DNA of 64,000 nucleotides. Origin: an uncultured delta proteobacterium (GTDB taxonomy: Bacteria > Desulfobacterota > Desulfobaccia > Desulfobaccales > Desulfobaccaceae). The notes under the pieces are model-generated. The model was not told where the DNA came from and made no database searches. It saw nothing but the letters and a program-made list of their open reading frames with translations. The stretch's first letter is position 1. Every line of letters begins with the position of its first letter. This document shows, one piece after another, positions 1 to 9,206 of this stretch. The position numbers and the translations under genes were made by a program. Location of the stretch: positions 119,353 through 183,352 of the forward strand of contig CAVZSK010000022.1 of NCBI GenBank assembly GCA_963777875.1, given 5' to 3'.

Positions 1-992
1 GCGATTCGGAGCCGGGAATATAGGGATAGGCCACCACCAGAAAGAAAAGAATGAGGAGAATCTTGAAGATTCGATAGGTTATAGGGGCGGTTTCAGCGTC
101 TAAGCCGGCCACTTTTACTTTACCCATAGTTACCTGATCAAAGAAAAAGTGCAGGGTCTTCAAAACATAGCGGGCGAGAAAAAAGAGCACGACCAGGAAA
201 GTCAGAGCGGGCGTTTGATCCCAGATGGCCTCGCCTATAACGCCAAAGGTCCCGAAGACGCTGCCGTAGAGTTTCAGGGCAAATTTTTCGGTGGCGGGAA
301 AGAAGCTCAAACCCAGTTGCAGGTAGAGGTAGAAGAGGAACAGGATGATCAGAAAGCGTAATACTTTGACGACGCTCATGATCACGGTTTTGATACGGTT
401 GGCGGTAAAGAATTCAAACTCGCCCAGTTTGACGGATCGTATTTTCGTATTTGCCTGTATGGTCCGGTTCAGACGGCGCATACCCCGGTTGACCAGAATG
501 ATCAGCGCCACCAGAGCCAGGAAGGCTAAGATGGTCTTGGCGATGCCGATGAGGTAGTTGGTCAGGCTATGCTCCGCCTGATATGCGATTATAGCCTGCC
601 GCATTTTTTCGGCATAATCCCGGGCCAGTTCCTCCACCGGCCGCCCTTCCACTTTGGCGTCAAAGGCCCAGACCGGGACAAGGACTTTATCACCGGCCAT
701 AATATCCGAGCTCAAGCCAAAATCCTTGACGGTGAGGATATTCGGATTAAAAGTGGGATCCTTGGCCAGTTTCAAAATTTCTTCGCTGAATTTTTCGAGC
801 GCGTTGCTGGGCGGTAAACTGTTTGGCATTGACGCGCACCCGAAAGAGCGTTTTGCCTTCCAATTCCACGGGAGTGCCCTGTTCTGCCACCGTAAAGCCG
901 GGAGGCAGCTCGGAGGGTTCCCAGGACAAGGCCGGAGAGCTCCAGACAGTAACGATCAGGGACAATAAAAGAAGGAATCTGCATGAGTACAT
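1..992 (-). CDS. MscS-family mechanosensitive channel with periplasmic N-terminal extension (frameshift near 780; runs off the left edge)
   Basis: Signal peptide MYSCRFLLLLSLIVTVW. Manual minus-strand translation of 1-560 gives TM helices ending in RIFKILLILFFLVVAYPYIPGSES, typical of large MscS proteins. Confidence 0.75.
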
Positions 993-1005
993 ACATTGAT
1001 CCTCA

Positions 1006-2661
1006 TCAAAAGCGGTATGAAAGCGTCGCCAAAGCGCTGCGCACCTGGTAGGAGGCCGAACCCTGGGTCAGGGCATTGGAGTAGAAGCCCACGACCCGGG
1101 CCGACACATGGTAGGTGAGCAGGTAATCAAATTCCACCAGGGAGTTGAATCCAGGAGTGTTGCTGCGTTGATTATAGTTGAGGTTGCTTTCTAAAGCCAA
1201 CTTGAACCGGCGGCTCCAGTTTTTTTCCAGGACGACCCCCCAGGAATGATACTTCAGGTTCTGAAAAGCGAAATAAGGAGCAGCGGCGCCGGGGGGAGCC
1301 AGTTCATTGGCGGGATAGAGATAATCGCCGTAACTAAACGTGTATTTGAGTTTGAACAGCGGCTCCGGCAACAACCGATACTGTAACGTGGCGCTCCAGA
1401 TCTGACGGAAATTGCCGTCCGAGTAAAAGCTCAGGTCACCCATGCCCACCAGGGTAAGCTTTTCCCCGAGGGCCTGATACATCCAAGGGATGACATCGTG
1501 GGTGTGGATCTTACGGGTCACGGCCAGGGTGTTGGAGGCGCTGGCGCCGAAGAAACTTTGGGACCAGAGACCGATGGGGTTAACGATGCCGTAGCGGTAG
1601 CGGTTATACCCGGCAAAATCATCAAAGAACAGGCCCCAGGGTCCCCGAAAAGGACCGAAGAACTCGATGACATCGTAATAGCTGTAGGCCAGGGAGAGGC
1701 CGGTGGCGCGAGTCGCCTGCCAGTAGGCGGCCACTCGAGCTGTGCCTGACTGCCCCCAACGGCCATAGTCGTTAAAGGCGCCTCCCGCCTCCAGGTAAAC
1801 CCGGGTGGCCGGGCGGAACTGAAGAACGACGGGCACAACATGGCGATGCAGGTTCTGGCCCTCGTTATTGCGGCGGAAGGGACCGAAGCCGCTGTGATAG
1901 TTCAGATAGCCGTAGCCGCTGCCAAGACGCACCCTGGGGTGGAGATATTGCCAGAATCCGTTCCACAGAGAAGCACGCCGATAGCCTTCAGCGTCTTCAA
2001 AAACGTTGACCAGGGTTTGAATTTGGGAAGTTATCAAGGAGCTGGCCTGGCGCCAGCCCTCCAGGGCTTCCCGGCTTTCCGGCCGGCTGGCCCGGGCCCG
2101 GTCAAAATGCCGGGCCGACATGGTATAGAAGACCGCGGCCAGATAGATGCGGCCCAGGCCCAGGTTGGCCTGGTAGTTGTAAGGATCGAGGGCCAGGACC
2201 TCCTGAAACAAGGCTTCAGCCTTAAAGGGTTGGCGCAGAGCCAGCAGGGTATTGGCCAGCTTGACTTTTAGTTCCAGATCAGCGGGGTGCGCGGCCAGCA
2301 GCCGCTGGTAGAGTTCCAGGGCCTGTTCCCGAAAAGCCGGCTGGGCGGCCAGGATATCGGCCCGGCGCTCAAGTAATTTGGGGTCGTCGGGGTGGCGGAC
2401 CAGCCCCTGGGCTACCGCGGCCAGGGCGGCGGCGGCCTCACCCTCTGCCACCTCCCGCGCAGCCGTCTCAAGGAAGGGCTCAACCTGGGACGTTATGACA
2501 ATATCCGGGGCGCCGACATCAGGTTCGGCGCTGGCCCAGACGCGGCCGGCCCCCCAGTTCAGCATCAGGACTGAGAAAACCAGCCAGGCCTTTAGGGTAA
2601 TTAGATAGCAGCTGCCTTGGAGAATTTTCTGGCTCATCAGTTTTCCGCCTTCACATAACAA
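1006..2661 (-). CDS. TPR-repeat plus outer-membrane beta-barrel protein
   Basis: Signal-like N-terminus, TPR repeats (e.g. AEALFQEVLALDPYNYQANLGLGRIY), aromatic-rich alternating C-terminal half, terminal Phe (LSYRF). Confidence 0.7.
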   Translation of the reverse strand: MLCEGGKLMSQKILQGSCYLITLKAWLVFSVLMLNWGAGRVWASAEPDVGAPDIVITSQVEPFLETAAREVAEGEAAAALAAVAQGLVRHPDDPKLLERRADILAAQPAFREQALELYQRLLAAHPADLELKVKLANTLLALRQPFKAEALFQEVLALDPYNYQANLGLGRIYLAAVFYTMSARHFDRARASRPESREALEGWRQASSLITSQIQTLVNVFEDAEGYRRASLWNGFWQYLHPRVRLGSGYGYLNYHSGFGPFRRNNEGQNLHRHVVPVVLQFRPATRVYLEAGGAFNDYGRWGQSGTARVAAYWQATRATGLSLAYSYYDVIEFFGPFRGPWGLFFDDFAGYNRYRYGIVNPIGLWSQSFFGASASNTLAVTRKIHTHDVIPWMYQALGEKLTLVGMGDLSFYSDGNFRQIWSATLQYRLLPEPLFKLKYTFSYGDYLYPANELAPPGAAAPYFAFQNLKYHSWGVVLEKNWSRRFKLALESNLNYNQRSNTPGFNSLVEFDYLLTYHVSARVVGFYSNALTQGSASYQVRSALATLSYRF

Positions 2662-3076
2662 TCATCGCCTGGTATGGCAAAACCATGACAATGCCGGGGC
2701 TTCAGGTCCACAAAGCGGCCGCTAACCAGTTCTTCGGGCTTTCAGACGAAGCCACCGCCGTTAAACTCAAATCGAACCAATAATACTCTAAAACAGCACT
2801 AAATTCCAGGACTGATGTAGGAGATAATAAATATTTTTCGGTCGTGTTTTCTGCCGATTTTCTCAAAAAAGCCACCTGACCCCATTTGCTCCGGCAGCGT
2901 ATTTCTGGTAAGTTAATCTGGTAGCAGTTTACAGGTTTTTGCCTTTACCCCGAACATACCTCAAGACGAAGATACCTCAGGTAACGAAACTGGGGGGTTC
3001 TTGCCCTTGAGGCCGACTATTTCTTTGCTGAGTGCGGCAAACTGAAAGCCTATTTCTCTAACAAGGAGATACCATC

Positions 3077-3705
3077 ATGCCCCGGCCGATCTCTATCTAC
3101 AACGGTTGCAGTGGCTGCCCTATCTTACCCAGGAGGAGTGCCGGGCTGCCGGAGCTGAAAACTGCGAAGATTTTTTGGGACGCCTACAAAACCGGAGTCT
3201 GGAACTCAAAGATGCTCCCGGTTTATCTCCCCACAAGCGGTATGCCTTGCAATTGGCTTTGCAGGGGGTGGAATTGGTACCGCCGGTGGAGGCCATGGCA
3301 TTGCCCCAGCCCACCCAACCGGGGTTACATGAGATCAATGCCCCGGGCCTGCAGGCGCCGGTATTGGTGAGCGGCAATAGTGAGATTACCCTGACGGTGC
3401 TGAGTGCGGTGTTGGCCACGACGGTGAGCCCATTCTATCTTCTGTTGGTGGATACCTTGGGGGACACCCTGGACATGGCCCTGATTTACGAAAGATTCAC
3501 GCCGGCCAAGGTGACGGCCGCGGTGCACGAAGCACACCTGGCGGATAAGGTCCAGCATCGCACCCTGATTATCCCGGGGCTGGCCGCGGCGCTGGAGCAG
3601 CCCTTGGCCACCGCAGCGGGTTGGGAAATCCGGGTGGGGCCGATCTGCGCCTTGGAACTGCCGCTGTATTTTGGGGAGTACTGGCAGCCGCCCCTGGGCA
3701 GCTAG
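3077..3705 (+). CDS. Small AcsC/CdhE/HgcA-like corrinoid-binding-domain protein (frameshift just after the ATG)
   Basis: SD AAGGAG precedes ATG 3077; one added base gives MPRADLYLQRLQWLP. Motifs PGLHEIN..APVLVSGN, YLLLVDTLG, KVQHRTLIIPGLAA and GWEIRVGP match the PF03599-type corrinoid domain. Confidence 0.8.
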
Positions 3706-3896
3706 CCGAAAGCTCATCTTTTCATCATCGCCTTTTGCTTGTAACCGCGCGGTGCAGATCATATAATAAAGTATTATAGTAATTGCCAAAAGTTATTTCC
3801 TGTTCACCCCCTGCCCTGACCTTTCCCCTGAGGGGAGAGGAAAAAATAACGAGGGGAGCTTTGGGCTAACAGGTTACCTTTCCAGGGAGATAAGGC

Positions 3897-4247
3897 ATGA
3901 AAAGAATATTGGTGGTAGATGATGAGGACCCTATCCGCAACTATCTCCACGAAGAGTTGACGGAGGCGGGTTACGAAGTACTGGAGGCTGCCAGCGCCCC
4001 GGAGGCCTTAAAAATCATTGAGAAAGAAGACCTCGACCTGGTAATCCTGGATATTCGCATGCCAGGCATGACCGGCGTGGAGGCGCTGCCCCGAATCCTG
4101 GGATTGAAAGAAAACCTGCCGGTAATTTTGAATACCGCCTATTCCCAGTATCAGCAGGACTTTATGGCCTGGGCGGCCAACGCTTACGTCATCAAGTCAT
4201 TTGACCTGACCGAATTAAAGGAAAAGATTGAGGAACTGCTAAAATGA
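3897..4247 (+). CDS. Single-domain response regulator (CheY-like receiver)
   Basis: ILVVDDE, LVILDIRMPGMTG, VILNTA, YVIKS motifs. Confidence 0.9.
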   Translation: MKRILVVDDEDPIRNYLHEELTEAGYEVLEAASAPEALKIIEKEDLDLVILDIRMPGMTGVEALPRILGLKENLPVILNTAYSQYQQDFMAWAANAYVIKSFDLTELKEKIEELLK

Positions 4248-4384
4248 GTTCCGAGTTTTGAGTTTCGAGTTAAAAGATAGCAGTAATGATTTCGAAAGAA
4301 AAGTTTTCGACTGGGCAATCCTGCACTTTTCTACTGGCTATAGTCGGGTGAAAGCTGACATTTAAGGAAGGGATCTCGGAGACC

Positions 4385-5623
4385 ATGGATAAACCACACA
4401 AGCTGACCACACTGATCATGGCCGGGGGGCGGGGAGAGCGGCTCTTTCCTCTGACCCGGGATAAGGCGAAGCCGGCGGTAACCTTCGGCGGCATTTACAA
4501 GATTATCGATTTTACGCTGTCCAACTGCATTAACTCCGGGATCCGCCAGATTTACGTACTCACCCAATACGGCAGCTTTTCCCTGGATCATCACCTGCGT
4601 ATGGCCTGGGAGGTGGTGAACCCGGAGATGGGGGAATACATTTACAGCAGACCGCCCCAGCAGGTGACGGTCAACCGGTGGTACCGGGGCACAGCCGACT
4701 CCATCTATCAGAATATCAGCATCTTACAGAACGAAAGACCGGATTATGTCCTGATCCTTTCCGGGGACCATGTCTACAAGATGGACTATATGGAGATGTT
4801 AAATTATCATATAGCCAAAAAGGCGGATCTGACTGCGGCCTGCGTGGAGTTTCCCCGGCTTGAGTCCACGGGTTTCGGCATCTTGCATGTGGATGAAGAC
4901 CTTAAAATCATCAACTTTTTGGAGAAGCCCAAAGACCCACCCGGCATCCCGGGGAATCCGGAATTTTCCCTGGCCAACATGGGCATCTATATCTTTAATA
5001 CGGAAGTGCTGGTCCAGGAGGTGATTCGAGACACCCGGCAGGCCGACAGCGACCACGACTTCGGTAAAAATATCATTCCTTCCATGGTGCAGCGGGGCAT
5101 GCAGGTCTACTCCTACAGTTTTCGGGATGAAAACAAAAAGGAAGTGCATTACTGGCGGGACATCGGCCGCATTGATGCCTACTTCGAAGCCAACATGGAT
5201 CTGGTGGCCATCGACCCGGTTTTTAATCTGTACGATCCCAAGTGGCCGATCCGGACCTATCAGCGCCAGTGTCCACCGGCTAAGACTATTTTCGGCGGGG
5301 ACCCCGGCCATATCCGGTCAGCGGAGGTGGAAGATTCCCTTATGGCCAACGGTTGCATCATCAGCGGGGCTACGGTCCGGCGCTGTATCCTGTCACCCAA
5401 CGTCCGGGTGGATTATTATGCCGAAGTAACTGATTCGATTATCTTTGATGATGTTTACATCGGCGCTCGGGCCAGGGTGCGCCGGGCTATTATCGAGGAA
5501 GGGGTCAAGGTGCCGCCCGGATTCACCATCGGTTATGACCGGGAAACTGACTCCCGGCGCTTTCCGGTCAGCGAGGGGGGCGTTGTGATTGTCCCCAATA
5601 ACGTCGATTTGCGGCAAGACTGA
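4385..5623 (+). CDS. glgC: Glucose-1-phosphate adenylyltransferase
   Basis: MAGGRGERLFPLT..AKPAV.FGG.Y.IIDF.LSN, WYRGTADS, LSGDHVYKMDY, YWRDIG. Confidence 0.97.
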   Translation: MDKPHKLTTLIMAGGRGERLFPLTRDKAKPAVTFGGIYKIIDFTLSNCINSGIRQIYVLTQYGSFSLDHHLRMAWEVVNPEMGEYIYSRPPQQVTVNRWYRGTADSIYQNISILQNERPDYVLILSGDHVYKMDYMEMLNYHIAKKADLTAACVEFPRLESTGFGILHVDEDLKIINFLEKPKDPPGIPGNPEFSLANMGIYIFNTEVLVQEVIRDTRQADSDHDFGKNIIPSMVQRGMQVYSYSFRDENKKEVHYWRDIGRIDAYFEANMDLVAIDPVFNLYDPKWPIRTYQRQCPPAKTIFGGDPGHIRSAEVEDSLMANGCIISGATVRRCILSPNVRVDYYAEVTDSIIFDDVYIGARARVRRAIIEEGVKVPPGFTIGYDRETDSRRFPVSEGGVVIVPNNVDLRQD

Positions 5624-6318
5624 TGCGGCTTCGAGCTTTGGCTGCCCAGGGACTGCTCACCGCCACCCGTCTGTATCTGGTCCGGCATGGCCAGGTCGCG
5701 GACGGCCACACCGACATTTACAACGGCCATAATGACGTTGATTTAAGTCCCACCGGGGTCAGCCAGTGTCAGGCCCTGGCGGCGCATCTCAAAGATGTCA
5801 AGCTGGCCGGGATTTATGCCTCAGACCTGACCCGCACCCGGCGGGGGGCGGAAATTATCAGCCAGGGGCGCGGGCTTGCGGTGGGGACGGTCCCGGAGTT
5901 TCGGGAAATCAACTTCGGGGTTTGGGAGGGTTTGAGTTTTCAGGAAATTATGACCCGCTACCCCGAGGAACTGCAGCAGCGTTTCACTGATCTGGCCAAT
6001 TTCCGGATTCCGGGGGGCGAGAGTCTCAAGGATCTGCAAGCCCGGGTGGCGCCCAGGCTGGCAGAACTTCTCCAACATCATGCCGGTGAGGCCTTCCTGG
6101 TGGTGGCCCACGCCGGTATCAACCGGGTGATCCTGAGCCAGGCCATGGGCTTGGATTTGCAGCATATTTTCCATCTGGATCAGGCTTACGCCGGATTGAA
6201 TATCATTGACTATTATCCTGATCTGGCCGTGGTGCGTTTACTGAACGGCATTTTTTATCCTGCGACTAGTAGAAGTTTCAACATATGGCGACAGCTTTTT
6301 AAAACCCGCTTCACCTAA
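5623..6318 (+). CDS. cobC: Histidine phosphatase family, probable alpha-ribazole phosphatase
   Basis: LYLVRHG, SDL.R, REINFG.WEG, PGGES, VAHAG.NR; start overlaps the glgC stop. Confidence 0.75.
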   Translation: MRLRALAAQGLLTATRLYLVRHGQVADGHTDIYNGHNDVDLSPTGVSQCQALAAHLKDVKLAGIYASDLTRTRRGAEIISQGRGLAVGTVPEFREINFGVWEGLSFQEIMTRYPEELQQRFTDLANFRIPGGESLKDLQARVAPRLAELLQHHAGEAFLVVAHAGINRVILSQAMGLDLQHIFHLDQAYAGLNIIDYYPDLAVVRLLNGIFYPATSRSFNIWRQLFKTRFT

Positions 6319-6348
6319 GGCCGGATGCGCTGCGCTTGCTCGTCCTAC
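6318..6348 (-). repeat. REP-like palindrome (GTAG family, degenerate)
   Basis: Reverse complement GTAGGACGAGCAAGCGCAGCGCATCCGGCCT resembles the copies at 20321, 27967, 41729 and 60605. Confidence 0.55.
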
Positions 6349-6573
6349 AAGGTCAGGTTGCGAGCTACAAATGAGAGATATCTCAGATAAACTTGGCAAT
6401 TAGGATAATTTCTGAGTATCCCCACCTTGACCTTATCGGCACCAACCCTTCGGCACGACTACCACATTACTCAGGCAAAAAAACCAAATATACCAAGAAA
6501 ACTGCTTGATTACTCGTTAACAATAATTAGTTTTAGACAAGAATATTTTTTTATAACAATAGGGAGGAATTAT

Positions 6574-7377
6574 ATGGATAGCACCTTGTTAGCAGACCTG
6601 ATGTCGAAAGGTTTGGACATCGGCCTCAAAGTGATGGGAGCCGTCATCGTCTGGATCGTTGGTTCGTGGCTGATTGGTATGGTCAGAAGAATGATGACCA
6701 GTGCCATGACTGCCAAAGAGGTGGATGTAACTCTCATAAAATACATCACTTCAGCCGTCGGCATTCTGTTGAAGGTCATCCTGATTGTGGCCATTTTCAG
6801 TTACTTCGGCGTCGAGACCACCACTATCGCCGGCTTGCTGGCCGGTCTTGGTTTGGCCATCGGCACCATGTGGGGCGGGATGTTGTCGAATCTCGCGGCC
6901 GGCGCCTTTATGGTCTTTTTAAAGCCTTTTAAGGTGGGTGATTTTGTCAGTGCCGGCGACGTCGTGGGCACGGTGCATGAAATCGGCATGTTTGCCACCA
7001 CCATCGACACCCCGGACAACATCCGCACCTTCGTCGGCAACAACAAGATCTTTTCCAATAATATCCAGAATTTTACCGCTAATCCCTACCGCCGGGTGGA
7101 CCTCAAGGCCCAATTGAATCACAGTGTGGACCATGCCCAGGCCATCAAGCTTTTGAAGGAGCGTCTGGCCAAGATTCCCAACGTTCTCACCGACCCGGCT
7201 CCGGATGTGGAAATCCTGGAGTTCAACCTGGCCGGCCCGGTCCTGGCGGTGCGGCCCTATGTCCATAATGACAATTACTGGCAGGTCTATTTTGACACCA
7301 ACCGGATCATCCGGGAAAGCTTTGGCGAAGCAGGATTCCCGGTGCCCGAACAGCACATGGTGATGCGAAGCTCCTGA
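6574..7377 (+). CDS. mscS: Small-conductance mechanosensitive channel
   Basis: SD GGAGG precedes ATG 6574; GLAIG...LSNLAAG..KPFKVGDFV...G.V.EIG.F.T motif. Confidence 0.93.
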   Translation: MDSTLLADLMSKGLDIGLKVMGAVIVWIVGSWLIGMVRRMMTSAMTAKEVDVTLIKYITSAVGILLKVILIVAIFSYFGVETTTIAGLLAGLGLAIGTMWGGMLSNLAAGAFMVFLKPFKVGDFVSAGDVVGTVHEIGMFATTIDTPDNIRTFVGNNKIFSNNIQNFTANPYRRVDLKAQLNHSVDHAQAIKLLKERLAKIPNVLTDPAPDVEILEFNLAGPVLAVRPYVHNDNYWQVYFDTNRIIRESFGEAGFPVPEQHMVMRSS

Positions 7378-7431
7378 GGCAGCGAAAAGCAACCAAGCGC
7401 TGATGAAGGGATAAGGAGGATACTTACCCGT

Positions 7432-7851
7432 ATGAAATGGTTGACTTTAAGCGTTATGGGCATACTGATGGCATTGCTCTGCACTTTAGGGGGTCCTGCC
7501 CAGGCGGACTGTGGGCTGGTTGGGACTTACTGGCGGGCCGTGGCAATTGACGGCAACCCCGTTACCGTGGAATCCGACAAACGGGAACCCCATCTCGTGC
7601 TCAGCTGCTGAGGGCCGGGTGAGCGGTTCCACCGGCTGCAATCGGCTGACGGGTTCTTATGAGCAGGACGGCAACAGCCTTCGCTTCAAGCAGATGGCGA
7701 CAACCAAAATGGCCTGCCCGCCGCCGGTGGACGCGATGGAAAGGGCTTTCCTCCAGGTCCTGGGAGCCACCACGGGGTGCAACTCTCCGGGAATACTCTG
7801 GAACTGAAAGACGCCGCCGGCAAGGTCCGCATGCGCCTGGAAGCCCGTTAG
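7432..7851 (+). CDS. META domain (HslJ-like) secreted protein, two frameshifts
   Basis: SD AGGAGG; signal peptide MKWLTLSVMG; GRVSGSTGCNRLTGSY and ATTKMACPP; reconstructed end LELKDAAGKVRMRLEAR*. Confidence 0.85.
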
Positions 7852-8047
7852 AGGTCACAGATGTAAGGGCGCGGGGCCTCGTGCCCTTACACCACTTTTT
7901 CAAACTGCGTCCAAGTTTCAGACTACCCCCACAGTGGTTATGGATGCCGGGATCGCCACGGCGGCAAATCTGGTTGCAGTCCAGGAAGCCGGTTTTCACT
8001 ACATCGCCGTGAGAAGGAAGATTGGCTAGCACTTCGAGAACAATCTT

Positions 8048-8509
8048 TTAATCTATGGTAACCCGCTCCAGATGGTGCACCAGGAGGTAGAGCTTGCTGC
8101 CACCCATGGGAACCAGCTCGCCATAGATGATGAGAGGGTCCAGGCGTTTAGGATTAAATTCCAGACGCTGGGCGTGGGACATGACTCCCCGATCGAAATA
8201 GCCCGTCATATCACTATCTTTATAGAGAGCAAACCATTCCAGGCTCCCCCAACTTAAGGGGTAGCGCATTTGATTAAAATAGTAATATTGGGGGGCCGGA
8301 TCATAGGTAAGAAATTGCCAGAAATTGCCCTGAAAGCGAACCAGTTGCCCGGTGTTCAGGCTGGAGGAATCACGCTGCAACAGTTCAAAATCAACTGGGG
8401 TATAGTCAGCTGGATTGAATTGGGCCGGGACGGGTTTCATGCTGCCGCAGGCAGTCAGAGACAGTATGCCAAACATGAGCACAAGCAGGAAGCGGCTGCA
8501 GCCGGCCAT
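8048..8509 (-). CDS. Hypothetical lipoprotein
   Basis: Hydrophobic signal followed by lipobox LTAC. Confidence 0.7.
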   Translation of the reverse strand: MAGCSRFLLVLMFGILSLTACGSMKPVPAQFNPADYTPVDFELLQRDSSSLNTGQLVRFQGNFWQFLTYDPAPQYYYFNQMRYPLSWGSLEWFALYKDSDMTGYFDRGVMSHAQRLEFNPKRLDPLIIYGELVPMGGSKLYLLVHHLERVTID

Positions 8510-8822
8510 CAGCAAACCCTCGGAGATTAACACCGCCTCCATATTCTGGTTGACAGAAAAGAAGGCACGGTGCAATTTATCTCATTCTTTGTATAAGAAA
8601 TCCAGCCCAAAGAAAAGGATAAAGTTCATTTTTCCTTCCCATTTGACCGTTCGGCGGCTGCTTGCCTTCTCTGGCATTGGCGGAGAGGCAGGATTTTTTA
8701 GATCATCATAGGACTGTTCCTCCTGATCATCTCCAGTAAAAATAATTTCCCTCTAATTTAGGTGAGATAGTAATGAAAAGGTGAAAAAGGGTCTCCTCCG
8801 GTTAAACGACCGGCGCTGGGAG

Positions 8823-9206
8823 TTAGTCCGGATCTTTTGAGGTTGGGGTTTTAGAGGGGTTGCGGCGCTGGCTGGCGGTTTCCGGGGTGGGGTCCCAAAG
8901 ATGGGAGAAGAGGAGTTGCCTCTGGAAGGCGGTCAGGAGTTCCGGGGGGGTGAGGTCGGGGGAAGCAAGGGGGTAGGGAAACTTCCCGGAGGACGATGAG
9001 GCTTGAAATTTGGGAGGGGACAGGAGCTGTTCCAGGCGGTGGGGGAGTGATGTGAGGAACGTATACGCTTCGTCAACCTGGCGGAATTTCTCGGGATGAA
9101 ATTCCGGGGGGTAGCGGCGCACCAGGCGCAGATAGGCTTGTTCAATCTCCTGGGGGGAGGCCGTTTCCGGCAGATTCAAGATGGTCAGGGCTTCGGAACG
9201 GATCAT
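8823..9206 (-). CDS. J-domain-like co-chaperone (YPPE in place of HPD)
   Basis: ALTILNL...ASPQEIEQAYLRLVRRYPPE...F.QV.EAY..L; last gene of the Hsp70 operon. Confidence 0.85.
   Translation of the reverse strand: MIRSEALTILNLPETASPQEIEQAYLRLVRRYPPEFHPEKFRQVDEAYTFLTSLPHRLEQLLSPPKFQASSSSGKFPYPLASPDLTPPELLTAFQRQLLFSHLWDPTPETASQRRNPSKTPTSKDPD

Noticed and set aside
3077-3705. hgcA mercury methylation gene
   Set aside because: No N(V/I)WCA(A/G)GK motif, no C-terminal TM helices and no hgcB.
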